64,000 bases of DNA from Diplonema japonicum (Eukaryota; Protista; Euglenozoa: Diplonemea): positions 338,772 to 402,771 of the forward strand of contig OZ025738.1 in NCBI GenBank assembly GCA_964019335.1, given 5' to 3'. The position numbers were made by a program, and so were the translations under genes. Below the pieces are notes generated by a model. That model was not told the origin of the DNA and ran no database searches. It saw only the letters and a list, made by a program, of their open reading frames with translations. Within the stretch, counting starts at the first letter, position 1, and every line of letters starts with the position of its first letter. Of the stretch, positions 1 to 9,886 are shown one piece after another.

Positions 1-450
1 ATGGGAAGTGTAGCAATGCACAAAGTAAGGGAAGGGTGCCTAGAAAAAGCTCCAAGAGCTGAGTCTTCAGAGGAGGATCCCTTGGAGGAAGAGGAGAGGA
101 ACAAGCGTCGGATATGTTATCCTGTTGTTTTTAACTTGGACCCTGACCCGGTCCGAAAACCAATTTTCTCAAAACTGCATTTAAGGCCTTAAATAAGGGT
201 TTTTGAAAAAAAAAAAAAAAAAAAAAAAAAAAGAAAAAATTTTTTTGAACATGATCTTGGTATTTCTTTCGCTAAAAATATGGGTTAGAGAAGCATCAAA
301 CCCGATCATTAACCCGACTGCGATCGAAAAATCTAAAATTGCGGGTCGGGTTTCAAAAACCCGAAGGTGATCGGTTAACCCTGGATACTATGTAAAAGAA
401 GAAAAAAAAAAAAAACTTTGGCAGTCTTTTTTTTTTTTTTTTCCCCCTTC

Positions 451-482
<32 letters not shown>

Positions 483-554
483 GAAGAAATCGAATCTCAT
501 CCATTGGAACCCAATAAGAAGACAACGGAGAAGGAGAAAGAAGAAAAACTCGAT

Positions 555-865
555 GATTTAAAGGAAGCCGGTGGGGGCACCCTGCACAAGCACCATTTAC
601 TTGATTACAGGGGGCGCACCTCGGCCTAGCTGTAGCTTCTTCTGCGTTCCGCGTCGTGTCCTTAATGCGTGCGGTGTGCAGCTCAACCCCAGCCGGGGCG
701 CCCCGGGTAACCAAGATTCTGAGCCCGTGTAGTTTGCTGCCTGTTCGCCACCCAGAGCATCTGCTTCTTCCACTTGGGCGCTACCGGTGATGACCGACGA
801 GGAGGTCAACAGCGAACAACACATCTGATGTACTTCTTTATATTTCCATGTTATCCCACCACCTG
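555..865 (-). repeat. ~300 bp dispersed repeat 'Z' (SINE-like), copy 1; a partial inverted copy lies at ~1020-1082
   Basis: Near-identical to 12303-12621 (…tgtagcttcttctgcgttccgcgtcgtgtccttaatgcgtgcgg…) and, in reverse complement, to tandem copies at 57.3-59.1 kb. Confidence 0.85.
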
Positions 866-1555
866 GAAAAAAAAAGAAGAAAAAAATGAGGGGGGGATTA
901 AAGGAAAAAGGAAACGGAGGAAGCCAGTATGAAGGATGAGAAAAATCAGCCTTTGTGTAGAGGTTGTCAGAAACCAAAATCCTTTCTCAGCCTTTTTAGA
1001 AAGAAAGAAAAAAAAAGGCGGTGGGGGATGACAAATGGAAATATAAAGAAGTACATCAGATGTGTTGTTCGCTGTTGGCCTCTTACTGGCTGAAATGTTT
1101 ACGTACCTCCCTCCCCCAGCATGTGACAGATATCAGAAACAGAGACAAACTTGAACTTTCTTTTTAGTGTAGTAGCCGAGTAGGAAGAAGAAAAAAAAAA
1201 AAGAAAAAAAAAAGAGAACGGCCATTGTTATAAATATACTATAGGGGTCTTCATAACTACACTCACGTGCCGAATTACGAATCCCTGTACAAACTTTGAA
1301 AAGAATTGTTATTGTAAAAAAGACAACAAATATTTTTTTTTTCTCTCTCTCTCTTTTTTTTTTTTTTTTTTCCTGTTCCATAAGTACAAAAATAAAACTA
1401 AAAAAGAAAATAGAAAATAGCTTTTTTTAATTTTTGAATCCCCCCCCCCACCCCCACCCATCGACTCAATTATAATAAGTTTTTAGGAAGAAGGGGAGGG
1501 GTTGACAAGAAATCAAAAAAAGTGGTTTAAAGGGATCTTCTCATCAGCAAGCACC

Positions 1556-3697
1556 TCAAGGCACCACCACACCCCGCGCCGCGGCTAGCGAAGCACTGTG
1601 CTTTTGCGCAAGTTTTCTGTGCTCGGGGTGCTTGGTCTGGAAGGACCGCAGCTCGACGCCTGCAAGATCGTACTCCCCTTCGGAGAAGGCGGCGAAGAAA
1701 GGATCCAGGAAATCTTGCGCTTCCCTTGCAGCTTCTTCCAGCTGGTACATCCACTCAACCTCGCTGACTGAAGCAATGGCTGTGACCCAATACGCAATAA
1801 TAGGGGCAACCTGCCCCGGGACCATCACAACATCTATCTGGTGATGCACGACAAGGCCTTGCGCTTTTACAAAGGCCCCTGAACCGACTATCGCCAGACC
1901 GTAATCCACGCCTTGCATTGCCAGGCTGTAGCTTACATCGTCTAGGCTGCTCCCGAACACTTGGAATCTTTGTGACGTGCTTCCTAGGATGCCGTGGACG
2001 CTGCTTGAAGTGTGCAGCCCCATGCCCACGGGGAGCAGTTGGCTGGGTTCTTCTATGGTGGAAAGTTGCATCGCGAGCTGTAACGCGTTCATTTGTACGG
2101 CGCTGCCTTGGACCTTCGAGAGGCCCCACCCTACCAGAACCTTGTCCCCACGCACGCCCAGAAGTGAGCCGTATCTTCTCCTCACCAGATCGCACAGTTT
2201 CCCAAACATCTTCCCGTGGTGTTCCACTGCCTCGGTCAGGTCTGCCTGTGTACACAGCGTGTCGAACCCCGACGCAATAAAGCACAGGATCGTCGCTTTT
2301 GAGGTGTGCTTCAGCCCGATGGCAAGATGGTCTGTTATACCCTCGTCAGCTGCTGTGCCGGTCTGTGTGAATATCATGTTGCCGTCTTCCTGTTCGGGGG
2401 GGCCCATTACCGGGATGAAGGCCTGCACCTGCTTCACGGTTTGCAATGCGTGCCGAAAACCACGCTGCAGCCCGTTCAGCTCCCACACCGCAGACTGCTT
2501 CGGGATGCGCAGGACCGCGTCCGCGTCCAGCTGCATCGCAGCTAAGCAGTCAAACGCCTTAGCAAGCCTATACAACGGCAGCGTTGCCAGCAAAATAAAC
2601 CCCATAGCTAGAAGGGCGGAGCCTACCACAAGGCCTACCACGATGTAGGTAGTCCGTGCGTTGCTGGCGTAGATCTCATCGAAGTAGATGGCCTCAGGCG
2701 TGAGGCTAACTAAGTACAGGTGCAAGTTGTAACTACTCAAAGGGTACACCTCAAGCCACCACGTGGCTCCTTCAAAGTCGAACTTCTTGAAGTGCTGTCC
2801 ATTCTCGTCGATGGTGTGTAGCATGGGAAGCACACCATACACAGCACGGTACAGGCTTGTTGTGTTAAGAGACGAGTTCAACGGGACACGGTAGTCTGCT
2901 GCACCGGGGTCGTAGGCGGCTGTGCTGGTGCTGGCGACGAGCTGGTACTTGTCATCAATGACCAGCATGTTGATGCTGCTGTGGCTTACATAAGGCGACA
3001 GATCGATCCATTGGAAGCCCACTGTCACAGTCGCCACACCGAAGAAGTTTCCAGACACGGGGTGCCGAACGGCGGTGCTGAGGCTCACGATGAGCCCTGC
3101 GTACTCATTATCCATGGTGTGCGTGATCTCCGTCCACACCTTCCCCCCATTCCGGAGTTCATCACTGCCCGAAACTACCGTATAGTAAGGCCGTGTTCTA
3201 AGCAGCAGTGTTATGGTGCGGTTGATATCGCGAAGCGTGAAGCTTGATGTAGTCTCGTCGCCCCTTGCGACGTGCATTCCTTCGGAGCTTAGCTCTGCAT
3301 AGGTCCGCCCCAAGCGTACGAGGAATCCTCCGTCATCTGACTGCATAAGAGCGAGGAATGTTGCGGAGCTTGAGCTTCTGCTGAGGTACGCGTTGCCTTC
3401 GTGGTACACTCGCCTCGCGGTTTCTGATGAGAATCCGAACATGCCGGGGTGGAAGGGGCCGTACATCTGCTTGTTGTAGCCGTCTGTAAGGGTGGTGAGG
3501 TACCTCTCGGGTTCCTCTAGAAGGTCACGGGCGATGGCGTCGCGAGCTGATTTGATGTTGTTAGTCGACAGCTGCCGCGACACTGTGTCGATGGACGCCT
3601 CGGCGTTGGCCCGCGTCACTTGAAACGACAGCACGCACGACGCAGCAACGAGGGCCCCGATGCACAGGCTCCCGACCACGAAAAGCGGAACCCTCAT
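1556..3697 (-). CDS. Receptor-type adenylate/guanylate cyclase-like membrane protein (TM, extracellular Cache-like region, TM, HAMP, degenerate class III cyclase domain)
   Basis: Likely start MRVPLFVV at 3697. Two hydrophobic segments; Cache-like 'WTEI…SLSTAV…FFGVATV'; HAMP-like 'PLYRLAKAF…ELNGLQRGF'; cyclase-like 'RGDKVLVGW', 'GMGLHT…GILGS'. Confidence 0.75.
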   Translation of the reverse strand: MRVPLFVVGSLCIGALVAASCVLSFQVTRANAEASIDTVSRQLSTNNIKSARDAIARDLLEEPERYLTTLTDGYNKQMYGPFHPGMFGFSSETARRVYHEGNAYLSRSSSSATFLALMQSDDGGFLVRLGRTYAELSSEGMHVARGDETTSSFTLRDINRTITLLLRTRPYYTVVSGSDELRNGGKVWTEITHTMDNEYAGLIVSLSTAVRHPVSGNFFGVATVTVGFQWIDLSPYVSHSSINMLVIDDKYQLVASTSTAAYDPGAADYRVPLNSSLNTTSLYRAVYGVLPMLHTIDENGQHFKKFDFEGATWWLEVYPLSSYNLHLYLVSLTPEAIYFDEIYASNARTTYIVVGLVVGSALLAMGFILLATLPLYRLAKAFDCLAAMQLDADAVLRIPKQSAVWELNGLQRGFRHALQTVKQVQAFIPVMGPPEQEDGNMIFTQTGTAADEGITDHLAIGLKHTSKATILCFIASGFDTLCTQADLTEAVEHHGKMFGKLCDLVRRRYGSLLGVRGDKVLVGWGLSKVQGSAVQMNALQLAMQLSTIEEPSQLLPVGMGLHTSSSVHGILGSTSQRFQVFGSSLDDVSYSLAMQGVDYGLAIVGSGAFVKAQGLVVHHQIDVVMVPGQVAPIIAYWVTAIASVSEVEWMYQLEEAAREAQDFLDPFFAAFSEGEYDLAGVELRSFQTKHPEHRKLAQKHSASLAAARGVVVP

Positions 3698-3907
3698 CTT
3701 TTGTGGCCCCCCCACCCCCCCCGCGTGGCGTTGCCTTTCTTTTTGAGAATAAAAAAAAAAAAGAAAGAAAAAATCAGGAAAGGAAAAAGAAAAAAAGAAA
3801 AAGCCTGTTTTTGTTGACATTTCCTTAACAGAAAATACCCCACGGGCCATCGCTGTTAAACATGCGGGCAAATGTGTCAAAAAAGCAGGTATTAATTGAA
3901 TAAAGCG

Positions 3908-5002
3908 CTATTGTGAAGCCTCGAGCAGCGCGGCGACGGCGAAGTGTTTCCTCCTCCTTGCAACCCCGGCTGGCGTCACCCCGCTTGCGTTCTCGATGCT
4001 GCGGTCGGCACCGTGCCGCAGCATCAGCAACACAACATCCCTGTGCCCGTTCTTGCAGGCGTGTGTGCAGCGGTGTCCCCCCTGTTATGTTCATGTCACG
4101 CAGGTCAGGGTCAGCCTTGTTCTCGAGGAGATACTGCACAGCTGCCACGCAGCCCCTCCCTGCAGCGAGATGCAGAGCCGTGTTGCCGTAGCAATCAGAG
4201 ATGTTTGGGTCGGCATGGTGCTGAAAAAGCAGCCTCATGGTTTCCAAACGGAACTCACCAACAACTGTACTGTGCAGTGCCGTCTGGCGTTGTAAGCTTG
4301 TTTTAGCGTTCGGGTCAGCATGGTGTTCAAGCAGCACGCGTAGAATGCCTTCTTTCCCGTGGTTCGCAGCAGTGCAGCGGGGTATCCCCACTACCGTCGA
4401 CGGTGTTGACGTCCGCCCCATACTTCAGCATAACCCGAACGAGATCCTCATTATCACCAGCAGCCATGTGTAATGCGGTCGTTCCTAGAATCTCTGTGTT
4501 GGCGTCAGCAAGTTCTCTTGCGAGTATCTCATCAATACATGTTGTGAAGCCACACTGGGTTGCAAGTAGTAGGGCGTGCGTCATAGTTTGACGGTCAGCA
4601 TGGATACCCGCGATGCACATGGCTTCTAGAATCTCTTCGGTCTGGTTGCGGGTCGTCTCCTCGATGTTTCGCATTGAGAATATTACATCCTCTATCCCCA
4701 ACCCCTCTGCTCTAAGGTCGCGTAGCTTCTGTAGAGCCTTGTGCTTCTCGCTCATTGTCACGTGGATCTCGCTGCCGTCCTCGAAGGGCAGGTCGGTGAG
4801 CTTCTGCTCCCCGTCGCCGTGGCCTATTCTCTTCACCCTCAAACTGCAGTGTGATGGTGTCTACGGCGAAGCACGATGCCTCTGCTATCCGTGTTTTGAG
4901 CGTCCTGGTGCTTTCGCTCCCTTCCACCTCTAGCGGTAGTGACGTCCCCGAGGGCAGAACGGCGTGCACGGTGACCGACGGTACCTTACGCTTCTGGGTC
5001 AT
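3908..5002 (-). pseudogene. UBL + ankyrin-repeat protein, broken by three frameshifts
   Basis: Pieces in successive frames: MTQKRK…LEVEGSESTRTLKTRI…LQFEGEE / …KLTDLPFEDGSEIHV…TALHMAA…GDTPLH / AANHG…GNTALHLAAGRG…GGTPLH / ACKNGH. Shifts near 4830, 4372 and 4062. Confidence 0.75.
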
Positions 5003-5235
5003 GGTTTTTTTTTTTTTTTTTTTTTTTGTGTTAATGCTGGTTTTTTTTTTTTTGAAAGGAGGATATGGCATCGTTTCAAACCCCCCCCCCCCCCCCAAAA
5101 AATGAGGCCAATTGACACTTTCAATATTTCTCTAAGTACTTTTTCCCAAAAAAAAAAAAATTCTACAACTTTCCCGGCCCAGATTAGGAAAGAAAACACC
5201 CCAGAAAATGGGAAAGTGAGTGTTACTGGTACCCA

Positions 5236-6498
5236 GAAAATTCAGTCCTAGGGGCAAAAATGGGCTTTTTCACTTTGCACAAATTCAGTAAAAGAGGGGG
5301 TGACAAAAATGGATGCTTTTAAACTTGCTGTTGAGAAGCTAGGGGTAAAAAAAAATGGTATTCGGACCGAGAAAGGGTAAATGGGAACACCACGGTGATC
5401 AGGACACTCGCCACAGAGGTTTTTGAGAAGCTCAGTGGCAACGACTGTGCTGCACTAGTTTGTGGCGTAGTGTGTAAAGGGGAACTTCTAGCGGCACTTC
5501 TGCTATCATTTTCTGGTTGATTTAGTAGCCAACAAGACACCACACGGCGCCAATTGGTCAGAGGCATGAGGCTTGACCACATCACACATGATGAAATAAG
5601 GGCAGCTGGCCTTACTGTTGGAAAAGTCTTGTTCCACAGTAGCATGGGCACAGAAAAAAATAAAGAAAAAAATGGAGTGGATACTCTGGACTGACGGTGG
5701 GCGTCACTTTCGTGCAAAGGAATTTTGCTACTTTGTTCTTTTTGGTCTTCGTTATGTATATCCCGATCGGACGTTTTCCCTGTGGTTTCTGGGGGAGAAA
5801 CACGGCAAAAACAACAGGGACAGCCACTTTGGTGTGCTCTCTCGTGTTTTTTGGTTTTGGGTGCCTCGTTCCACAACAATTAAAACTGTGGAACAAATAG
5901 GTAACATCACCAATACGATACGGTGCGCCATGCATGTAGTTACTGATGTCTTTGGCCCGTACAAAAAGAAAATTCTTGAGTTTCCGGATTTTACAGGTGC
6001 ATATGAGCTCAGGAGCACACCGGAGGGTGTATTTGCTACGTGTGCGTCCACGAGCTAGAAAGAACTAAAGTACATCATCAAAGAACTCGCTGCAGACAGG
6101 GCAGAGAAAAGGCCCCCAGTCTATGAATCTTGTGATGAGTATGAGGACGTTCCTGATAGCCTTCCCGGACTTGAAAAACGAGAAAGAATAGTAACCAAAT
6201 TACAAAAATACTCGACACCCCATGACAAGCCCAAAGCACCAAGTACACCTACGAATGAGCCTCTTAAAACCCCCCAAAATGCGGTAGAAGGCCTAATAGT
6301 ATGAAAAAGAAATGAGGTCGCCCACTCAGCAGCAGCACATCTCAGCCGCAGAAGACTAGGAAATGAAGGTTTCCACTTCCAACATCATTTCAGCCACCTT
6401 CTAGTAGTGAGTTCCGCTATTTCTTGCTATTGAAAGCATACTCTCTGACTTTACCAAAACCACTAAAACCCGATTTTGACCCTAAAACTGAATTTTTT
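5236..6498 (+). mobile_element. Degenerate DNA transposon with a DDE/DDD transposase fragment (tentatively Sola-like) and imperfect inverted ends
   Basis: ORF 5618-6058 has 'WTDGGRHFRAKEF' and 'FLGEKHGKNNRDSHFG'. Left end aaaattcagtcctaggggcaaaaatgggctttt resembles the reverse complement of the right end (aaaattcagttttagggtcaaaatcgggtttt). Confidence 0.55.
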
Positions 6499-6828
6499 GC
6501 AAAAAAAAAAAAAAAAAAAAAAAAAGAGAGAGAGAGAGAGAGAAGTAATATAAAAAGAGAGAAGAATAAAAGAAGAAATAATATATCGGCCGCCTGGGTT
6601 AGTTTTTTTTTTTCCTCTTTTTTATTTTTAAGCGGTATTTTTTTTTTTTCCTTTCTTCCTTTTTTTTTTTTCCAAAATGCAATTGCACATTCAAGAAGGT
6701 GCAAAAAAAAAAAAAAAAGAAAATAACAACAAGAGTTTCTTTTTTTTTTAAAAAAAATTTAAAAAAAAGTTTTTTTTAAAAAAAAAAAGAAAAAAAAATT
6801 AAAATTTTCTTTTTTTTTTTTGCTTTCT

Positions 6829-8070
6829 TTAGACAACACAACACACACACCCTCTGGGCACGCTTCGCTCAGTCTCTGGGACCGGAGTCTGATGCAAGAA
6901 CTCACCACCCACTTCTGCCCCGCGCAGAGGAGTCAGGTTGACAGCACTGATCGAGGTCCCCTTCAAGAACGCATCACCCACAGAGCGCGCACCTCTAAGT
7001 GGAGCGAGGTCAATAGTTAAAAGAGACCTGCAGCCTCTTAAAAACTCATTTCCGATAACACAACTGCTCTGCACGGGCATAAGGTCAACAGAAACTAACG
7101 CACTGCAGTCGCTCAAGAACCCCTCGCCTACCAATGTAACACGGCGAAAAGGTTTTAGATTAACAGCTCCAAGTGCCGTACATCCCCCGAGGAAGGACTT
7201 CCCGACAGAAGAAACACGACGCATCGCCGTGAGATCGATGGAGGACAGAGCTCTACAGTCTTTTAAAAAACCCGCGTGGATGTTTCTGATACCAGCAAGG
7301 GGCGTTAGATCAATGGTTGTGAGGGATGGGTTCTCAGATAGAAACATTTCGCCGACACTCGTGAGGCCTCGAGGCAGCGTGGCGGTGGTTAAAGAGCTAC
7401 ACCGTGACAGGAAGAAATCATCGATAACAGTAGTACTTGTCAACGGGGAGAGATCCACATCGGTGAGCGCATCGCAACCATTTAGAAACCGCCATCCAAG
7501 CGCAAGAACGCCACTGAACGAGGACAGATCAATTGACGTTAAATATCGGGAGTTGGATAGGAAATTGTCTCCAATGGACGTAACGTGCCGTAGCCCTGTA
7601 AAATCCACCGATGTCAGTGAACTATTCCGTAGAAATTCATCGCCAAGAGCGGTTACTCTGAAATCCGGGTCTTCGAGTTTTAGATGTTGCAGACCCTTGG
7701 GAAGATCGCTCCCGGACAGTTGTAGTACTCCACCTTCAACGCCCCACATATCCGCGATCAACACGATTCCCGGTTCGCCCTGCCGTTCGATTTCCTCCCT
7801 CCTTGCCCACAGTTCTTTCACGGTTACGGACACTGTTTGGTTGGTGTCGTATCGAAGCAGCACCTCGCATTCGTTTAAAAGCCCGCTTTCACTCACAATA
7901 ATCTTGTCAGAACACTCCAGTACATCTCCCTCGTAGTGTAGTTCAAAAGTGTCAGCTCCTACCTCAATCGGTTCAGCTGCTTTTTTATACAAAATCTGTA
8001 GTGTGTCGTCTCCTGTTACTTCTACACCGTGAACTCCAGAAGGTGCCCTTATGGTCACCACAATGCTCAT
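6829..8070 (-). CDS. UBL + leucine-rich-repeat protein (divergent family member)
   Basis: Start MSIVVTIRAPSG at 8070; UBL-like 'VEVTGDDTLQILYKKAA…FELHYEGDVL'; ~24-aa repeats 'LTSIDLS…VxSIGxxFLxxC'. Confidence 0.85.
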   Translation of the reverse strand: MSIVVTIRAPSGVHGVEVTGDDTLQILYKKAAEPIEVGADTFELHYEGDVLECSDKIIVSESGLLNECEVLLRYDTNQTVSVTVKELWARREEIERQGEPGIVLIADMWGVEGGVLQLSGSDLPKGLQHLKLEDPDFRVTALGDEFLRNSSLTSVDFTGLRHVTSIGDNFLSNSRYLTSIDLSSFSGVLALGWRFLNGCDALTDVDLSPLTSTTVIDDFFLSRCSSLTTATLPRGLTSVGEMFLSENPSLTTIDLTPLAGIRNIHAGFLKDCRALSSIDLTAMRRVSSVGKSFLGGCTALGAVNLKPFRRVTLVGEGFLSDCSALVSVDLMPVQSSCVIGNEFLRGCRSLLTIDLAPLRGARSVGDAFLKGTSISAVNLTPLRGAEVGGEFLHQTPVPETERSVPRGCVCCVV

Positions 8071-8159
8071 CGTGCAGAAACAGTCCTGTGAGGGAGGGGG
8101 GTGGCGCGAGTGGTAGAGAAACGAAAAAAAAAAAAAGAAAAAAAAACCGCCCATGCGCA

Positions 8160-8201
<42 letters not shown>

Positions 8202-8310
8202 ACTGGCCGTTGTTTTGTACGTGCCGAGTAAAACCTGGAGAAAAGTTTGTCAACCCGAAACACGTTGCCAACGTTCCCCTTTTGTTTAGACTAGTCAAAG
8301 ACTCGTTCTT

Positions 8311-8347
<37 letters not shown>

Positions 8348-8419
8348 AAAGGGAAAAGTTAGTTTGGGGAGAGAGGGGAACCTTTTTTTCTTTTTTTGGT
8401 TAGTATTCCAAGTTCTTCT

Positions 8420-9235
8420 TTTTTTGTTTTAACAATATTATTGTCGAGACTAAAAACTACTTGATGGCAGCGTAATGAGCTATTTTATTAGGTAAAATTC
8501 CGCTCGTGCGCACAAACAAACAGACAAAAAAAAAAAAGAAATTGCTGTAATGAGCAGGTAACTGAAATGTTTAAATGGGAAAAATAAAAAAGGTTAAAAA
8601 TGTTTAAGGGCAAATCCCACTTAAAGCTCCCTTTTTTTTCGCTTTCGTTCCGAAAAAAAAAAAGATATTTTTAAACAAACATTATCGAGACTTAAAAAAC
8701 TAATTGATGGCAGCGTAATGAGCTCAGTTACTAGGTAACTGAAATGGTTTTTTTTTTTTTTTTTTCTTTTTTTTTTTCTTCTTTTTTTTAAATCCGCAAA
8801 TCGGGTATGGAAAAAAAAAAAAAAGAAAAAGAAGTAAAAATACCGCTCGTGCGCACAAAAAACAAATAAATTTCTTATCAGGTCATCGAGGGGAAAGTTA
8901 GTTTGGGGAGAGAGGGGATCATTTCTTTTTTTAAAAAAAAAGGGGGGGGGGAAAAAAACTGCTTGATGGGCAGCGTAATGAGCTATTTTATGGTAACTGA
9001 AATGCATAATGGGAAAAAAAAAAAAAAATATCGCTTTCGTTCCGAGAAAAAATATACTAGGTTAGATGACGCTGCGCACTAAACAAACAACTCTTTATCA
9101 TGTCATCGGGGTGGGGAAAAGCTAGTTTTTTTGGAGGGGGGGGGGGAAGGATCATTTAGTTATTCTTTCTTCTTTATAAAAAACTGATTGTTGGCAGCGT
9201 AATGAGCAATATTACCCTGGTAACTGAACTAGGTA
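8420..9235. repeat. Degenerate local repeats with core tgatggcagcgtaatgagc…ggtaactgaaatg
   Basis: Core recurs at ~8462, 8545, 8706, 8965 and 9190; an inverted CpG-decayed copy lies at ~58765-58880. Confidence 0.7.
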
Positions 9236-9246
9236 AATATATGTTT

Positions 9247-9280
<34 letters not shown>

Positions 9281-9284
<4 letters not shown>

Positions 9285-9638
9285 CCACTAAACTTAAGAA
9301 ATTCAAAAAGGTGTAAATCAGGGAAAAAGTGACAAGGAATACTTGACTCCAAAAGGGGGGCATCACCGTGATCTTCAGGAGCAACCGATAGGAACCGGAC
9401 GCAAGCTAAATCTGCGCTAGAACAGTGTTTTTATGCATTTTTTTTTTTTGTGGCATTTTAGTATTTATTTTCCACCTTTTCTTTTTTGCTTCTTTTTTCC
9501 CAGAGGCCTGAATGTCTCCATAAAAAGAACACTTTGTATGGTTAAATGTTGCCATTTTTTTTCTTTTTTTTTGAATTTCTTTTTTTTAGGAAATTGACTT
9601 TTTCTTTTTCGGTTAGCCAGTGGGGCTTTAGTGGTTAA
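9281..9638. mobile_element. piggyBac-type MITE (~350 bp)
   Basis: TTAA-CCACTAAA at 9281 and TTTAGTGG-TTAA ending at 9638: TTAA target duplication plus short inverted ends. Confidence 0.6.
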
Positions 9639-9886
9639 TGAAAAAAAAAAAAAAAAAAAGAGATGAGATAAAGGAGGTTCTTGTCTTGGAACGTCCCCCT
9701 TGTCTCTACTTATCTATCCCTTTCTCCCTTCTGGGGCCTCGGCCTTTCTTTCTTTTTTGGCTGTGTTGCCTAAAAAGTAGTTTAAAAAAAATACCGCTCA
9801 TGCTCACATGACAAACAATTTCTTATCATGTTTATCGGGGGGGGGGGGGGGGGGGGAGTTAGTTTTCCTTGGAGGGGGAGTGGGGG

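Noticed and set aside
1-390. Possible hAT-like transposon end (…ggttaaccctg) and acidic ORF tail
   Set aside because: Only one end is visible and there is no diagnostic protein motif
6417-9007. Poly-K/poly-F ORFs and long N-terminal extensions of predicted genes
   Set aside because: They arise from A/T homopolymer tracts; real starts were placed at downstream ATGs
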